Shown one piece after another: positions 8,542 through 17,101 of a DNA stretch of 22,087 bases. A program made the position numbers and the translations under genes. This stretch comes from Calditrichaceae bacterium. Its GTDB lineage: Bacteria; Calditrichota; Calditrichia; Calditrichales; JBFXGD01. The DNA lies in contig JBFXGD010000046.1 in NCBI GenBank assembly GCA_050178385.1, positions 1-22,087 of the forward strand. The letters are read 5' to 3'. The number at the start of each line of letters is the position of its first letter. The first letter of the stretch is position 1. The notes under the pieces are model-generated. The model was not told the origin of the DNA. It was given only the letters and a program-made list of their open reading frames with translations, and made no database searches.

Positions 8542-8829
8542 CTATAGACCGAAGCGGTCATAATTTTTCTTGATGTAAGCCTGCATGGTTTCGGGAACTT
8601 CTTCCTCCGGGAAAATTGCTTCCACCGGGCATTCCGGCTCACACGCGCCGCAATCAATGCATTCTTCAGGATGAATATAAAGCATCTGTCCCTCGGCTCT
8701 CATTTTTTCTTTACCCTCTTCCGTTTCAAAACTGTAACCTTCCGCAGGATAAAAGCAATCGACCGGGCAGACTTCAACACAGGCAGTGTCACACACACCG
8801 ACGCAGGGTTCGGTAATAATATAGGCCAT
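8542..8829 (-). CDS. fdxA: Dicluster (7Fe-type, FdxA-like) ferredoxin
   Basis: [25 protein letters not shown] and [23 protein letters not shown]. Strong SD AAGGAGG upstream on the minus strand. Confidence 0.92.
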   Translation of the reverse strand: MAYIITEPCVGVCDTACVEVCPVDCFYPAEGYSFETEEGKEKMRAEGQMLYIHPEECIDCGACEPECPVEAIFPEEEVPETMQAYIKKNYDRFGL

Positions 8830-9093
8830 GAAAACCTCCTTTTTTGTTACATTGAACTGATATTCAAACCGTTAAACTAAGATAAGCATGAAAAAATTCT
8901 CATGCATCTTTTTTAAAGCCCGGACAAAGTCCATTTTGATTTTATAAGTCGCGCCGCGGTTTGATTTGAGATCTGAATTGATCTTTGTTGTCAAGTCATT
9001 CATTTGAGATCATTCTTCGTACATAGGAATGGAAATAAAGAATTTGATTCTTTTGCAAATAATTGTGATATTCTATTCTTTTAGAAATATGGA

Positions 9094-11037
9094 ATGAAGA
9101 AACGGATAAAACCTGTGTTCAGAATAAATATTCAGCTGTTTTTATACATAACAATTGCTATTTTTTACCTTTTTTCATCTGATGTCCGGGCCCGGATAGC
9201 CGACCCTGATTCTGTGCAGGATTCCACTTTGGCCGAAGCCCGGGGTGATTCGATTCAGGAGGCGCAGAAGAAAGCGCCCGGAGAAAAGGTGCCCTATCTG
9301 AAATCATACAATTATGATATTCATGGGAAATTATTTGATAGCGATAATAATTCAGATAATGTTGTATATCGTTTTGAGAATATTCTGCATCAAAATTATA
9401 ACGGTCTGGCCGATGTCTTCAGAACCGTGAACGGTTTCAGGATATTTGATTTTTTTGAAATGGGTCGGCCGCGTTATGTTTCAGCGTCCAATCTTTTGCC
9501 TCATCAAACCGGTTTTCGTGTGGATGGCCTGCAGATGAACGATCCCATAAACGGAATGTATAATACGCGCTTTCTGCCTCTGGATATCGTTCAGTCAATC
9601 GAAACGGATCAGAATGCTTCTGTTATTCACGGCGGTACTCCGGTTCTTGCCGATGGTGTAAATGCAACGACACAAACTATTCATAAGGAAGAGCCCTACA
9701 CGAGAATGATGTACCGGGAAGGTGATTACGGTTACACAGATCTTGATATCACCTTCGCGCAAAAAATAAACAATAAAGTGGCGGTACAGTTAGGCGGAAT
9801 AAATAAAGATTATTCAGGATGGGTGGGCAATACTGATTATAGCGGTACAAATTACCGCGGGACAATCACCTATCAAATAACCCCCGAACTTTTTTCCAGA
9901 TTCAGGTTTAATCTGAACTCCGAGAAGACCGGCATGCTTAATTTCAGCAGTTTTCCGAATTACCGTTACCTGGAATACAGGAAGGATTATTATAACGATA
10001 TTACCTGGCTGGTCAATAAGGAAAAAGGGGAAAGGTGGCATTTTCAGACCGCCTGGTCAGAAAACTTGAGGAAAACGCGGTCGTTAAGCGATTCTTTGCA
10101 TACACGGATGCGTTATGAGCAAATACAGATAAACGCGGATCGAAACTGGCATATTAACGGGTCAGAATTATACACGGCATTTAGCTTTTACCAGAATCAG
10201 ATCTGGGGTAATACATTCAACCGCAAATATATTGACAGCGGGTTGAATGGAATGTTCAGACTGGAGAAATCTTTATCTCCACGGCTGGTTATGACACCAT
10301 CGCTTGAAACAGCATATCTTTACGACAATGATTTGCTCCTGATGCCTTGTGTGGAATTGAAATGGGGGCATGATGCTCTCCAGGCCGGGTTCAGCGCCAG
10401 CCGGAGATCGAGATATCCCCACCGCAATGAGCGATCATACCAATTTGAGACATATCGGGGTAATGATAAACTGAAATCAGAAAAATTATCATCGCTGGCA
10501 GCATCTATGCGATATCAGCCGCGCGAAGATTTTTTTATGAAGGCTGAAATCGGGTTCAGGAACATTGATGATGAAATCATTTTTACAGGAAGTAATTTCC
10601 GGAACGGCGGGAGCCGCTCATTTACATGGGTTAACGGGAATGCGGAGTATTCCTTTTATCAGTTTAAAGTCGGCGCGGGCGGTGAACTAATCGCCGGGGA
10701 TCTTTATCTCACATCCGAGCAGTCTTTCTGGATGCAGGCAGGCTATCAGGATAAATGGTTAAAAGACGCGGTCACGATCGATGCGGCCGGTAGTGTACAC
10801 TGGTATGGAAATCACGATCGGATTGAGTATGATCCCTGGGTAGAACGATTTTTTGCCATATCCGGAAACGAAGAATCGTATCTTGTGTTTAGTTATAAAG
10901 TCGCCGCGACTGTGAAAGACGTGCAGTTTTTTCTGGAAATGGATAATCCGTTCGGCAAAGATTATTCATTTATCTCGGGTTACTATGAACAAATCCGCAG
11001 GGTTCGCGCGGGTTTAAACTGGGTTCTTTGGGATTGA
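9094..11037 (+). CDS. Outer-membrane beta-barrel with N-terminal TonB-receptor-like plug (putative porin)
   Basis: Signal-like N-terminus. Plug-like region GLADVFRTVNGF...VDGLQMNDPING...LPLDIVQSIE. Many aromatic amphipathic strands. C-terminus RAGLNWVLWD resembles FCB putative porins. Confidence 0.75.
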   Translation: MKKRIKPVFRINIQLFLYITIAIFYLFSSDVRARIADPDSVQDSTLAEARGDSIQEAQKKAPGEKVPYLKSYNYDIHGKLFDSDNNSDNVVYRFENILHQNYNGLADVFRTVNGFRIFDFFEMGRPRYVSASNLLPHQTGFRVDGLQMNDPINGMYNTRFLPLDIVQSIETDQNASVIHGGTPVLADGVNATTQTIHKEEPYTRMMYREGDYGYTDLDITFAQKINNKVAVQLGGINKDYSGWVGNTDYSGTNYRGTITYQITPELFSRFRFNLNSEKTGMLNFSSFPNYRYLEYRKDYYNDITWLVNKEKGERWHFQTAWSENLRKTRSLSDSLHTRMRYEQIQINADRNWHINGSELYTAFSFYQNQIWGNTFNRKYIDSGLNGMFRLEKSLSPRLVMTPSLETAYLYDNDLLLMPCVELKWGHDALQAGFSASRRSRYPHRNERSYQFETYRGNDKLKSEKLSSLAASMRYQPREDFFMKAEIGFRNIDDEIIFTGSNFRNGGSRSFTWVNGNAEYSFYQFKVGAGGELIAGDLYLTSEQSFWMQAGYQDKWLKDAVTIDAAGSVHWYGNHDRIEYDPWVERFFAISGNEESYLVFSYKVAATVKDVQFFLEMDNPFGKDYSFISGYYEQIRRVRAGLNWVLWD

Positions 11038-11129
11038 GATGTGAAATCCTGCGCTAAGCAGATTACATTTATAAAAAAACAGGTTTCAAATCAATCATCC
11101 TGAAAACTGAAATATGACAGGAGAAAAAA

Positions 11130-12917
11130 ATGATTAAAGAACGTCTGGCGTCATTACGCAAGTTAATGAAAGAGAATAAAATTGATGCCTATCTTGTACC
11201 GAGCACTGACGCGCACCAAAGCGAATATCTGCCTGCGCTCTGGCAGCGGCGTCAATGGATAAGCGGATTTGACGGCTCCGCCGGGGAAGTGGTGGTTACC
11301 ATGAATAAAGCGGGGTTATGGACAGATTCACGTTATTTTTTACAGGCGGAAAAACAGTTATCCGGTACGACGATTGATCTCTATAAAATCGGTGTGCCGG
11401 GATCACCGACAATTAAAGAATTTTTAAGAAGTGAGTTACAGGGCGGACAATTTTTGGGAATTGATCCGCGCCTGATTTCCCTTAGTGAGATTTCATCACT
11501 TATCGACTCGCTGGCGGCGAAAAAAATCGGCCTGAAATTTATTGAAAACAATCTTATCGATGAAATCTGGAAGGACCGTCCGGAAATGCCGTTAGAAAAA
11601 ATAATGGTATGGCCGATCGAGTATGCCGGCGAATCGGTGAAAAGTAAACTAAACCGGATCCGTGAAAAAATGAAGACAGAGGATGCGACCGCGCATGTTT
11701 TGACGATGCTAGACGCGATCGCCTGGACGTTTAATATCCGAAGCAAGGATGTGGATTTTAATCCGGTAGTCATTTCATACGCGATTATCACTGAATCTTC
11801 CGCTAAATTATTTGTGCATCCCGCTAAGGTGAATGAAGAAGTGAGGGGATATCTTAAAGATGTGGCTGAAATTTATGACTACACCTTATTTCGGGATCAT
11901 CTGTTAAAGCTGGCAAAGGGAAAAGATAAAATCTGGCTTGACGGAGGCACCGTTAATCAATGGGTAGTTACTTTACTCGAAAAAGACTGCGAATTATTTT
12001 ACCGTGAAAGTCCGGTCACATTGTTCAAAGCCCGTAAAAATGAAACTGAGCTGGCGGGATTCAGAGCATGTCATGAAAGAGACGGTGTCGCGATGGTAAA
12101 ATTCCTTCATTGGCTCGAAAAGGCGGTACCTGAAGGCGGTGTTACCGAAATTACCGCTTCCGATCAACTGGAAAAATTCCGCGCGGAAGATAAACTTTTT
12201 CAGGGTCTCAGTTTCGATACAATTTCCGGATATAAAGAACACGGCGCAATTGTTCATTATTCGTCCACGCCTGAAACGGATGTGGAACTCAAGCCGGAAG
12301 GTATTTATCTTATCGATTCTGGCGGGCAGTATCTTGACGGCACGACTGATATCACCCGCACGGTCGCGTTGGGTAAACCGACTGAAGAGCAGAAAAATCG
12401 TTTTACACGGGTGCTGAAAGGACATATTGATCTGTCTTTAACCAGTTTCCCCGGGGGAACGACCGGAATCCAGCTTGACACCATTGCCCGTAAATCATTG
12501 TGGGATGTAGGTTTGAACTACGGTCATGGGACAGGTCACGGTGTCGGCGCTTTTCTTGGAGTCCATGAGGGGCCTCATGCAATCTCATACTACAGAGGTA
12601 TCGGCGTACCGTTGGAAAAAGGAATGATTGTATCCAATGAACCGGGATATTACAAGGCGGGCGAGTATGGTATCCGGATTGAGAATTTAGTAAATGTTGT
12701 AAGAGATGATGAAAAATCAAATGATGAATTTGATTTTTTTAAATTTGATTGTCCAACACTGTGCCCGATAGACTTAAATCTTGTCGAAATATCTTTACTT
12801 GATAAAAATGAGAAGGAATACTTAAATGATTATCACGCGCGGGTACGTAAGGTTCTTTCTCCATATTTGAACGAGGAACAAAGACTTTGGCTGGATAACG
12901 CCACGCGCGCGCTTTAA
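11130..12917 (+). CDS. Xaa-Pro aminopeptidase (M24B, long three-domain aminopeptidase P)
   Basis: DAHQSEY, SGFDGSAG, WTDSRYFLQA, DSGGQYLDGTTDITRT, GHGTGHGVG, VHEGP, NEPGYY, GIRIEN. SD AGGAG. Confidence 0.95.
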   Translation: MIKERLASLRKLMKENKIDAYLVPSTDAHQSEYLPALWQRRQWISGFDGSAGEVVVTMNKAGLWTDSRYFLQAEKQLSGTTIDLYKIGVPGSPTIKEFLRSELQGGQFLGIDPRLISLSEISSLIDSLAAKKIGLKFIENNLIDEIWKDRPEMPLEKIMVWPIEYAGESVKSKLNRIREKMKTEDATAHVLTMLDAIAWTFNIRSKDVDFNPVVISYAIITESSAKLFVHPAKVNEEVRGYLKDVAEIYDYTLFRDHLLKLAKGKDKIWLDGGTVNQWVVTLLEKDCELFYRESPVTLFKARKNETELAGFRACHERDGVAMVKFLHWLEKAVPEGGVTEITASDQLEKFRAEDKLFQGLSFDTISGYKEHGAIVHYSSTPETDVELKPEGIYLIDSGGQYLDGTTDITRTVALGKPTEEQKNRFTRVLKGHIDLSLTSFPGGTTGIQLDTIARKSLWDVGLNYGHGTGHGVGAFLGVHEGPHAISYYRGIGVPLEKGMIVSNEPGYYKAGEYGIRIENLVNVVRDDEKSNDEFDFFKFDCPTLCPIDLNLVEISLLDKNEKEYLNDYHARVRKVLSPYLNEEQRLWLDNATRAL

Positions 12918-12958
12918 TTTCACGTGAGAAAGTTATTCCCTTTCCATGATTAGAAAAT

Positions 12959-12991
12959 AAAAAAGGGCTGTCGATTGACAGCCCTTTTTTT
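12959..12991. terminator. Bidirectional intrinsic terminator between the aminopeptidase and thioredoxin genes
   Basis: A6-GGGCTGTC-gatt-GACAGCCC-T7: a perfect 8-bp stem with tracts on both sides, between convergent genes. Confidence 0.9.
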
Positions 12992-13009
12992 GTTGAATTC
13001 GTTTCCGGA

Positions 13010-13366
13010 TTATTCTACGCTCAATACTTCTTTCATGGCTTGTTTGATCGTTTCTTTCGGCAGAGCTCCTACAGCCATCTGAGGTTTATCATTCAGCGGG
13101 ACAAACAGCATGGACGGAATGCTCTGAATTCCAAAAACCGCGGCTAATTCCTGTTCCTGCTCTGTGTTTACCTTGAATATATCAACTTTGCCCTGGAATT
13201 CTGTGGAAAGTTCTTCTAAAACGGGGGCAACCATTTTACATGGCTGACACCAGTCAGCGTAAAAGTCTATGATGCAGGGTTTGTCACCCTCGAATTTCCA
13301 TTCTTTATTCTGTTCAAAATTAAAAACTTTTGATATGAAATCATTTTTTGTCAAATGTACAGTCAC
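13010..13366 (-). CDS. trxA: Thioredoxin
   Basis: IIDFYADWCQPCKMVAP, KVNTEQEQELAAVFGIQSIPS. Start placed at GTG 13366 because the ORF-track extension (TTG 13378) contains the SD GGAGGA. Confidence 0.9.
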   Translation of the reverse strand: MTVHLTKNDFISKVFNFEQNKEWKFEGDKPCIIDFYADWCQPCKMVAPVLEELSTEFQGKVDIFKVNTEQEQELAAVFGIQSIPSMLFVPLNDKPQMAVGALPKETIKQAMKEVLSVE

Positions 13367-13579
13367 AAGGTCCTCCAATTATTTTTAAGGGAATTATTGT
13401 TCTCGTTTTTTAACTTTTTCTATTTGATGTATTTTATTTAAAAAGGTTACGAAAATATTATCTGATGTTTAAAAACCGTTGTTTAAAGGCAGAAAATAAG
13501 GGGGCAAAATTCGCGGGAAACGTGAATCCCCCCTGTCTCCATATTAAAATACCTGCGGATATGAATAAGTATGCAGGTA

Positions 13580-14614
13580 TTAGTAAAAGCGGATAACTAC
13601 CTTACCCGATTGAGAACCGCTTTCTAACCTTCTATGAGCTTCTTTTATCTCAGAAAAATCGAAATTTCTGTCCACTAAAGGTTTGAATTTCCCTTTGTCA
13701 ATCAGGTCGCAAATATCGATTAAATCCTTGAGTGTACCCATTGTGGAACCGATGAGCTGCTGATGTTTAATAAAAAGGGCGCGCAGGTCAATTTTAACAA
13801 AAGGTCCGGTCGTTGCGCCGCACGTTACAATTTTTCCGCCGATACTAAGTGAGCGAAGGGAATCTGTCCATGTAGCGGCTCCGGTATGCTCGATAACGGT
13901 ATCGACACCCCTTCCGGCGGTCAGTTCTTTTACTGTTTTACCGATTGGTTCATTTTTGTAGTCAATGACATGGTCGGCGCCCAGTTTTTTTGCCATAGCT
14001 ATCTTTTCAGCGGAACCGGCGGTTGTAATGACAGTCGCCCCCAATGCTTTCGCGAATTGAATCGCCGCGCTTCCCACGCCGCTCGAAGCGCCGTAAATTA
14101 ATAAAGTGTCTCCGGATTTAACGGATGTTTTTCTGGTGAGCATGTGATAGGCTGTCATCGCGGCAAGCGGAAAAGCGGCCGCCTCATCCCAGCTGAGAGA
14201 TTTTGGTTTTGGCAGAATGTATTTTGCGGGTACGGCGATATATTCGGCCTGAGTGCCGTCTATATGTTCACCCGGAATCTGGAATTCACGGCAAAGATTT
14301 TCTTCACCGGACAGGCAATAGCGGCATTTTCCGCAGGATCTTATCGGAAGGGTGATAACCTCGTCTCCGCTCCGGAAATCATATTCATTGCTGACCAGTT
14401 TACCGGTATCAATAATTTCGCCTGCGCCGTCGCTGCCCATGATTAAGGGCAGCGGGACACCCGGGATACCGTTTCGAACAAAAATATCCAGATGGTTTAA
14501 AGCAGCGGTTTTAATTTTAATCAACACCTCATCGGGTTGAATATCGGGGGTAGTCAGATCGTCAATTTTCAGAACTTCTTCAGATCCGTGCTCATGGATT
14601 CTAATGGCTTTCAT
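13580..14614 (-). CDS. MDR-family (zinc-binding dehydrogenase / quinone oxidoreductase-like) enzyme
   Basis: MKAIRIHEHG start at ATG 14614 with GGAG SD. ALNHLD, GSDGAG, structural Zn site CGKCRYCLSGEENLC, GASSGVGSA, GSTMG, GKVV. Confidence 0.92.
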   Translation of the reverse strand: MKAIRIHEHGSEEVLKIDDLTTPDIQPDEVLIKIKTAALNHLDIFVRNGIPGVPLPLIMGSDGAGEIIDTGKLVSNEYDFRSGDEVITLPIRSCGKCRYCLSGEENLCREFQIPGEHIDGTQAEYIAVPAKYILPKPKSLSWDEAAAFPLAAMTAYHMLTRKTSVKSGDTLLIYGASSGVGSAAIQFAKALGATVITTAGSAEKIAMAKKLGADHVIDYKNEPIGKTVKELTAGRGVDTVIEHTGAATWTDSLRSLSIGGKIVTCGATTGPFVKIDLRALFIKHQQLIGSTMGTLKDLIDICDLIDKGKFKPLVDRNFDFSEIKEAHRRLESGSQSGKVVIRFY

Positions 14615-15098
14615 GGTATCTCCGGCGATATTAATAAGAATGAATAAAATTAAATCTACAAATTTTTTAACATCAATCAAAAATTTGCATGAACGATAAT
14701 CTCTCTTTGAATTCAGACCGGATACATTACAAATTTGTCGAAAGTAACGTTCCGGATAACAACATGACGCCGACAGTCGCGAATATCCATTGGTACGAAA
14801 TATAATTTACCAAAATCCCTTCAAGAACCGGAAAAAGAATCGTCGGGAGCTGCAGAAAATTCTTAATCGCGACAAAAGCGGTACTAAGTCCTTCGGCGCG
14901 ATTTCCAGCAGATAGTTGGAAATACCGATAGTTAATCCCTGAAATGTCATACCTATCAGGAAGAAAACTATTGGATGGGGATTAATTGTTTTTTATTTTA
15001 ACCAAAGATGATATGATTGAAACAATTCTTTACTTTTTGATGTATTAATTTAAAATGGGTTACTAAATCATCAGATCCACTAACATATCAGAGGACTT

Positions 15099-17081
15099 AT
15101 GCGCTATTTCTACCTGATATTATTGTTACTGTTAAATATCGCCTATGCCCAAAAACAGCACATTCTGGATGAATCAAAGATGAAGGCTGAAATTCTTAAG
15201 AAATGGGCACAGCCTTCCGGGATAACAGAAAATCAGGCCGGCTATGATGTTAAATATTATTTGATAGATCTCGATATAGAAGCGAATCCTGACAGAGTGC
15301 AGGGAATCCGGGGCAGCGTGACGGTGAATTTGGATGTAGTTGACGCGAATCTGGCATCGGTTGATTTGAATTTGGCAGACGGAATGATTGCGGACTCGGT
15401 ATTTAATGAGAATACGAAGACATCCTTTACCCGGGGGGATGATATACTGACTGTAACTCTCAAGCGGAATTTTGCCCGGGGCGAAGCAACGAGCGTAACT
15501 GTTTTTTATCATGGCAATCCGGAAGCTACCGGATTTGGCGCGTTTGGATTTACGGAGTATAACAATAAACCTCTGGTCTGGAGTTTAAGCGAGCCGTACG
15601 GGGCTCGCGCCTGGTGGCCCTGCAAAGATGCTCCGGCGGATAAGGCGGATAGCGTTGATATCAGATTCACGTTACCAGATCCGATGATCGCTGTTTCAAA
15701 TGGTGTTCTGGCGGAGAAGGTCGCCAATGGGAATGGCACAACAACCTTCTTCTGGAAAGAGCGCCATCCGATCAGTACATACCTTGTTTCCATCGCCGCC
15801 TACGAATATGTGAAATATACTGACTGGTATGTGCCTTCAGAAAATGATTCCATGCCGATTGATTTCTATGTCGCACCCGGCCATCTTGAAAATTCAAAAG
15901 TCAATTTTTTAAAAACCAGGGAAATGATTGAAATTTTTGCGGATCTTTTTGGCGAATATCCGTTCTTAGATGAAAAATACGGACATGTGGAATTCCCCTG
16001 GGGGGGAGGCATGGAGCATCAAACCTGCACGAGCCTGGGAAATATTAATTATTCAAACGGGTATTATTCAATAAATCTAATTGTACATGAATTAGCCCAC
16101 CAATGGTGGGGTGATATGGTCACCTGCGCCGATTTTAAAAATATCTGGCTTAATGAGGGATTTGCTACCTATTCGGAGGCGCTTTACTGGGAAGCAATCG
16201 GAGGCTTTGAAAGATATCAGGATGAAATCGGCGGCAACGCATATTATGGCGGGGGGACCATTTACGTCGATGATACAACCAGCGTGTCAAGAATATTTCA
16301 CAGTGGTTTGAGTTATAATAAAGCCTCGTATGTGCTGCACATGCTGCGTCATGTGGTCGGGGACAGTACGTTTTTTACTATTCTAAAAACATATTATGAA
16401 GATTCCAAACATCAGTATTCCACTGTCACCACGCCGCAGTTTCAGGAATTGTGCGAGACGGTTTCGGGAATGGATCTTGAGAAATTTTTTCAGCAATGGA
16501 TTTACGGCGAATACTATCCCTACTATTCATACGGGTGGGCAGCCAACGCGCAAGGAGATAATTACAAGATAACGCTGGAAATAAAACAGATTCAGACGAA
16601 TACCGGTTTATTTAAAATGCCTGTGGATGTGGAAATTAAGACACCAACAGGGACTCAGATTTTTGTGGTCCGGGATTCTTTAGCGAGTCAGACTTTTGAA
16701 CTGACAGTCGGTTCAGAACCAACCGCGGTTACATTAGATCCGGATAACTGGATTCTTAAGGATGTTGCGCGGCATCCATTGACTTTACCCGGAGATGATC
16801 CGGTAAAATTACCGGATGTTTTTGAGATATCAGGGATTTTTCCAAATCCTTTCAATCCGGTTACCACCATTGAATTTTATCTGCCTGCTTCCACCCCGGT
16901 GTCTGTTTCTATTTATGATATTCTTGGCAAAAAGGTGGCAACGCTTGCGGATAAACAAAACTTCAGCAGGGGTACGAATCAGATTAAATGGAATGCCCTG
17001 AACAGAGCAAGCGGTATATATTTCGCCCGTGTCCAGGCTGGTGAATCGACCCTGACACGTAAACTCGTTCTCACAAGATGA
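15099..17081 (+). CDS. Secreted M1-family zinc aminopeptidase with C-terminal secretion-sorting (T9SS type A / FlgD-Ig-like) domain
   Basis: Signal peptide. GGMEH exopeptidase motif, HELAHQWWGD-x-WLNEGFATY (HEXXH-x18-E) and YNKA. C-terminal FPNPFNPVTTIEF...IYDILGKKV...SGIYFARV...KLVLTR. SD GAGG. Confidence 0.93.
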   Translation: MRYFYLILLLLLNIAYAQKQHILDESKMKAEILKKWAQPSGITENQAGYDVKYYLIDLDIEANPDRVQGIRGSVTVNLDVVDANLASVDLNLADGMIADSVFNENTKTSFTRGDDILTVTLKRNFARGEATSVTVFYHGNPEATGFGAFGFTEYNNKPLVWSLSEPYGARAWWPCKDAPADKADSVDIRFTLPDPMIAVSNGVLAEKVANGNGTTTFFWKERHPISTYLVSIAAYEYVKYTDWYVPSENDSMPIDFYVAPGHLENSKVNFLKTREMIEIFADLFGEYPFLDEKYGHVEFPWGGGMEHQTCTSLGNINYSNGYYSINLIVHELAHQWWGDMVTCADFKNIWLNEGFATYSEALYWEAIGGFERYQDEIGGNAYYGGGTIYVDDTTSVSRIFHSGLSYNKASYVLHMLRHVVGDSTFFTILKTYYEDSKHQYSTVTTPQFQELCETVSGMDLEKFFQQWIYGEYYPYYSYGWAANAQGDNYKITLEIKQIQTNTGLFKMPVDVEIKTPTGTQIFVVRDSLASQTFELTVGSEPTAVTLDPDNWILKDVARHPLTLPGDDPVKLPDVFEISGIFPNPFNPVTTIEFYLPASTPVSVSIYDILGKKVATLADKQNFSRGTNQIKWNALNRASGIYFARVQAGESTLTRKLVLTR

Positions 17082-17101
17082 GCCGGCAGGTTACGGTTAC
17101 C

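Noticed and set aside
13500..13532. GGCAAA-stem-GAAA-stem resembling the first half of a c-di-GMP-I riboswitch
   Set aside because: The following GACGCAAAGC and second stem are absent, and it lies antisense to the flanking genes.
13580..14614. MDR enzyme lacks the catalytic zinc ligands (ALNHLD, GSDGAG) while keeping the structural zinc site
   Set aside because: This pattern is typical of a known MDR subfamily and is not novel.
14689..14805. 38-codon ORF MNDNLSLNSD...HWYEI on the plus strand
   Set aside because: No SD, no recognisable motif, and a length expected by chance.
17082..17101. GGTTAC tandem duplication between convergent genes
   Set aside because: Only two 6-bp units; not a terminator, CRISPR repeat or mobile-element end.
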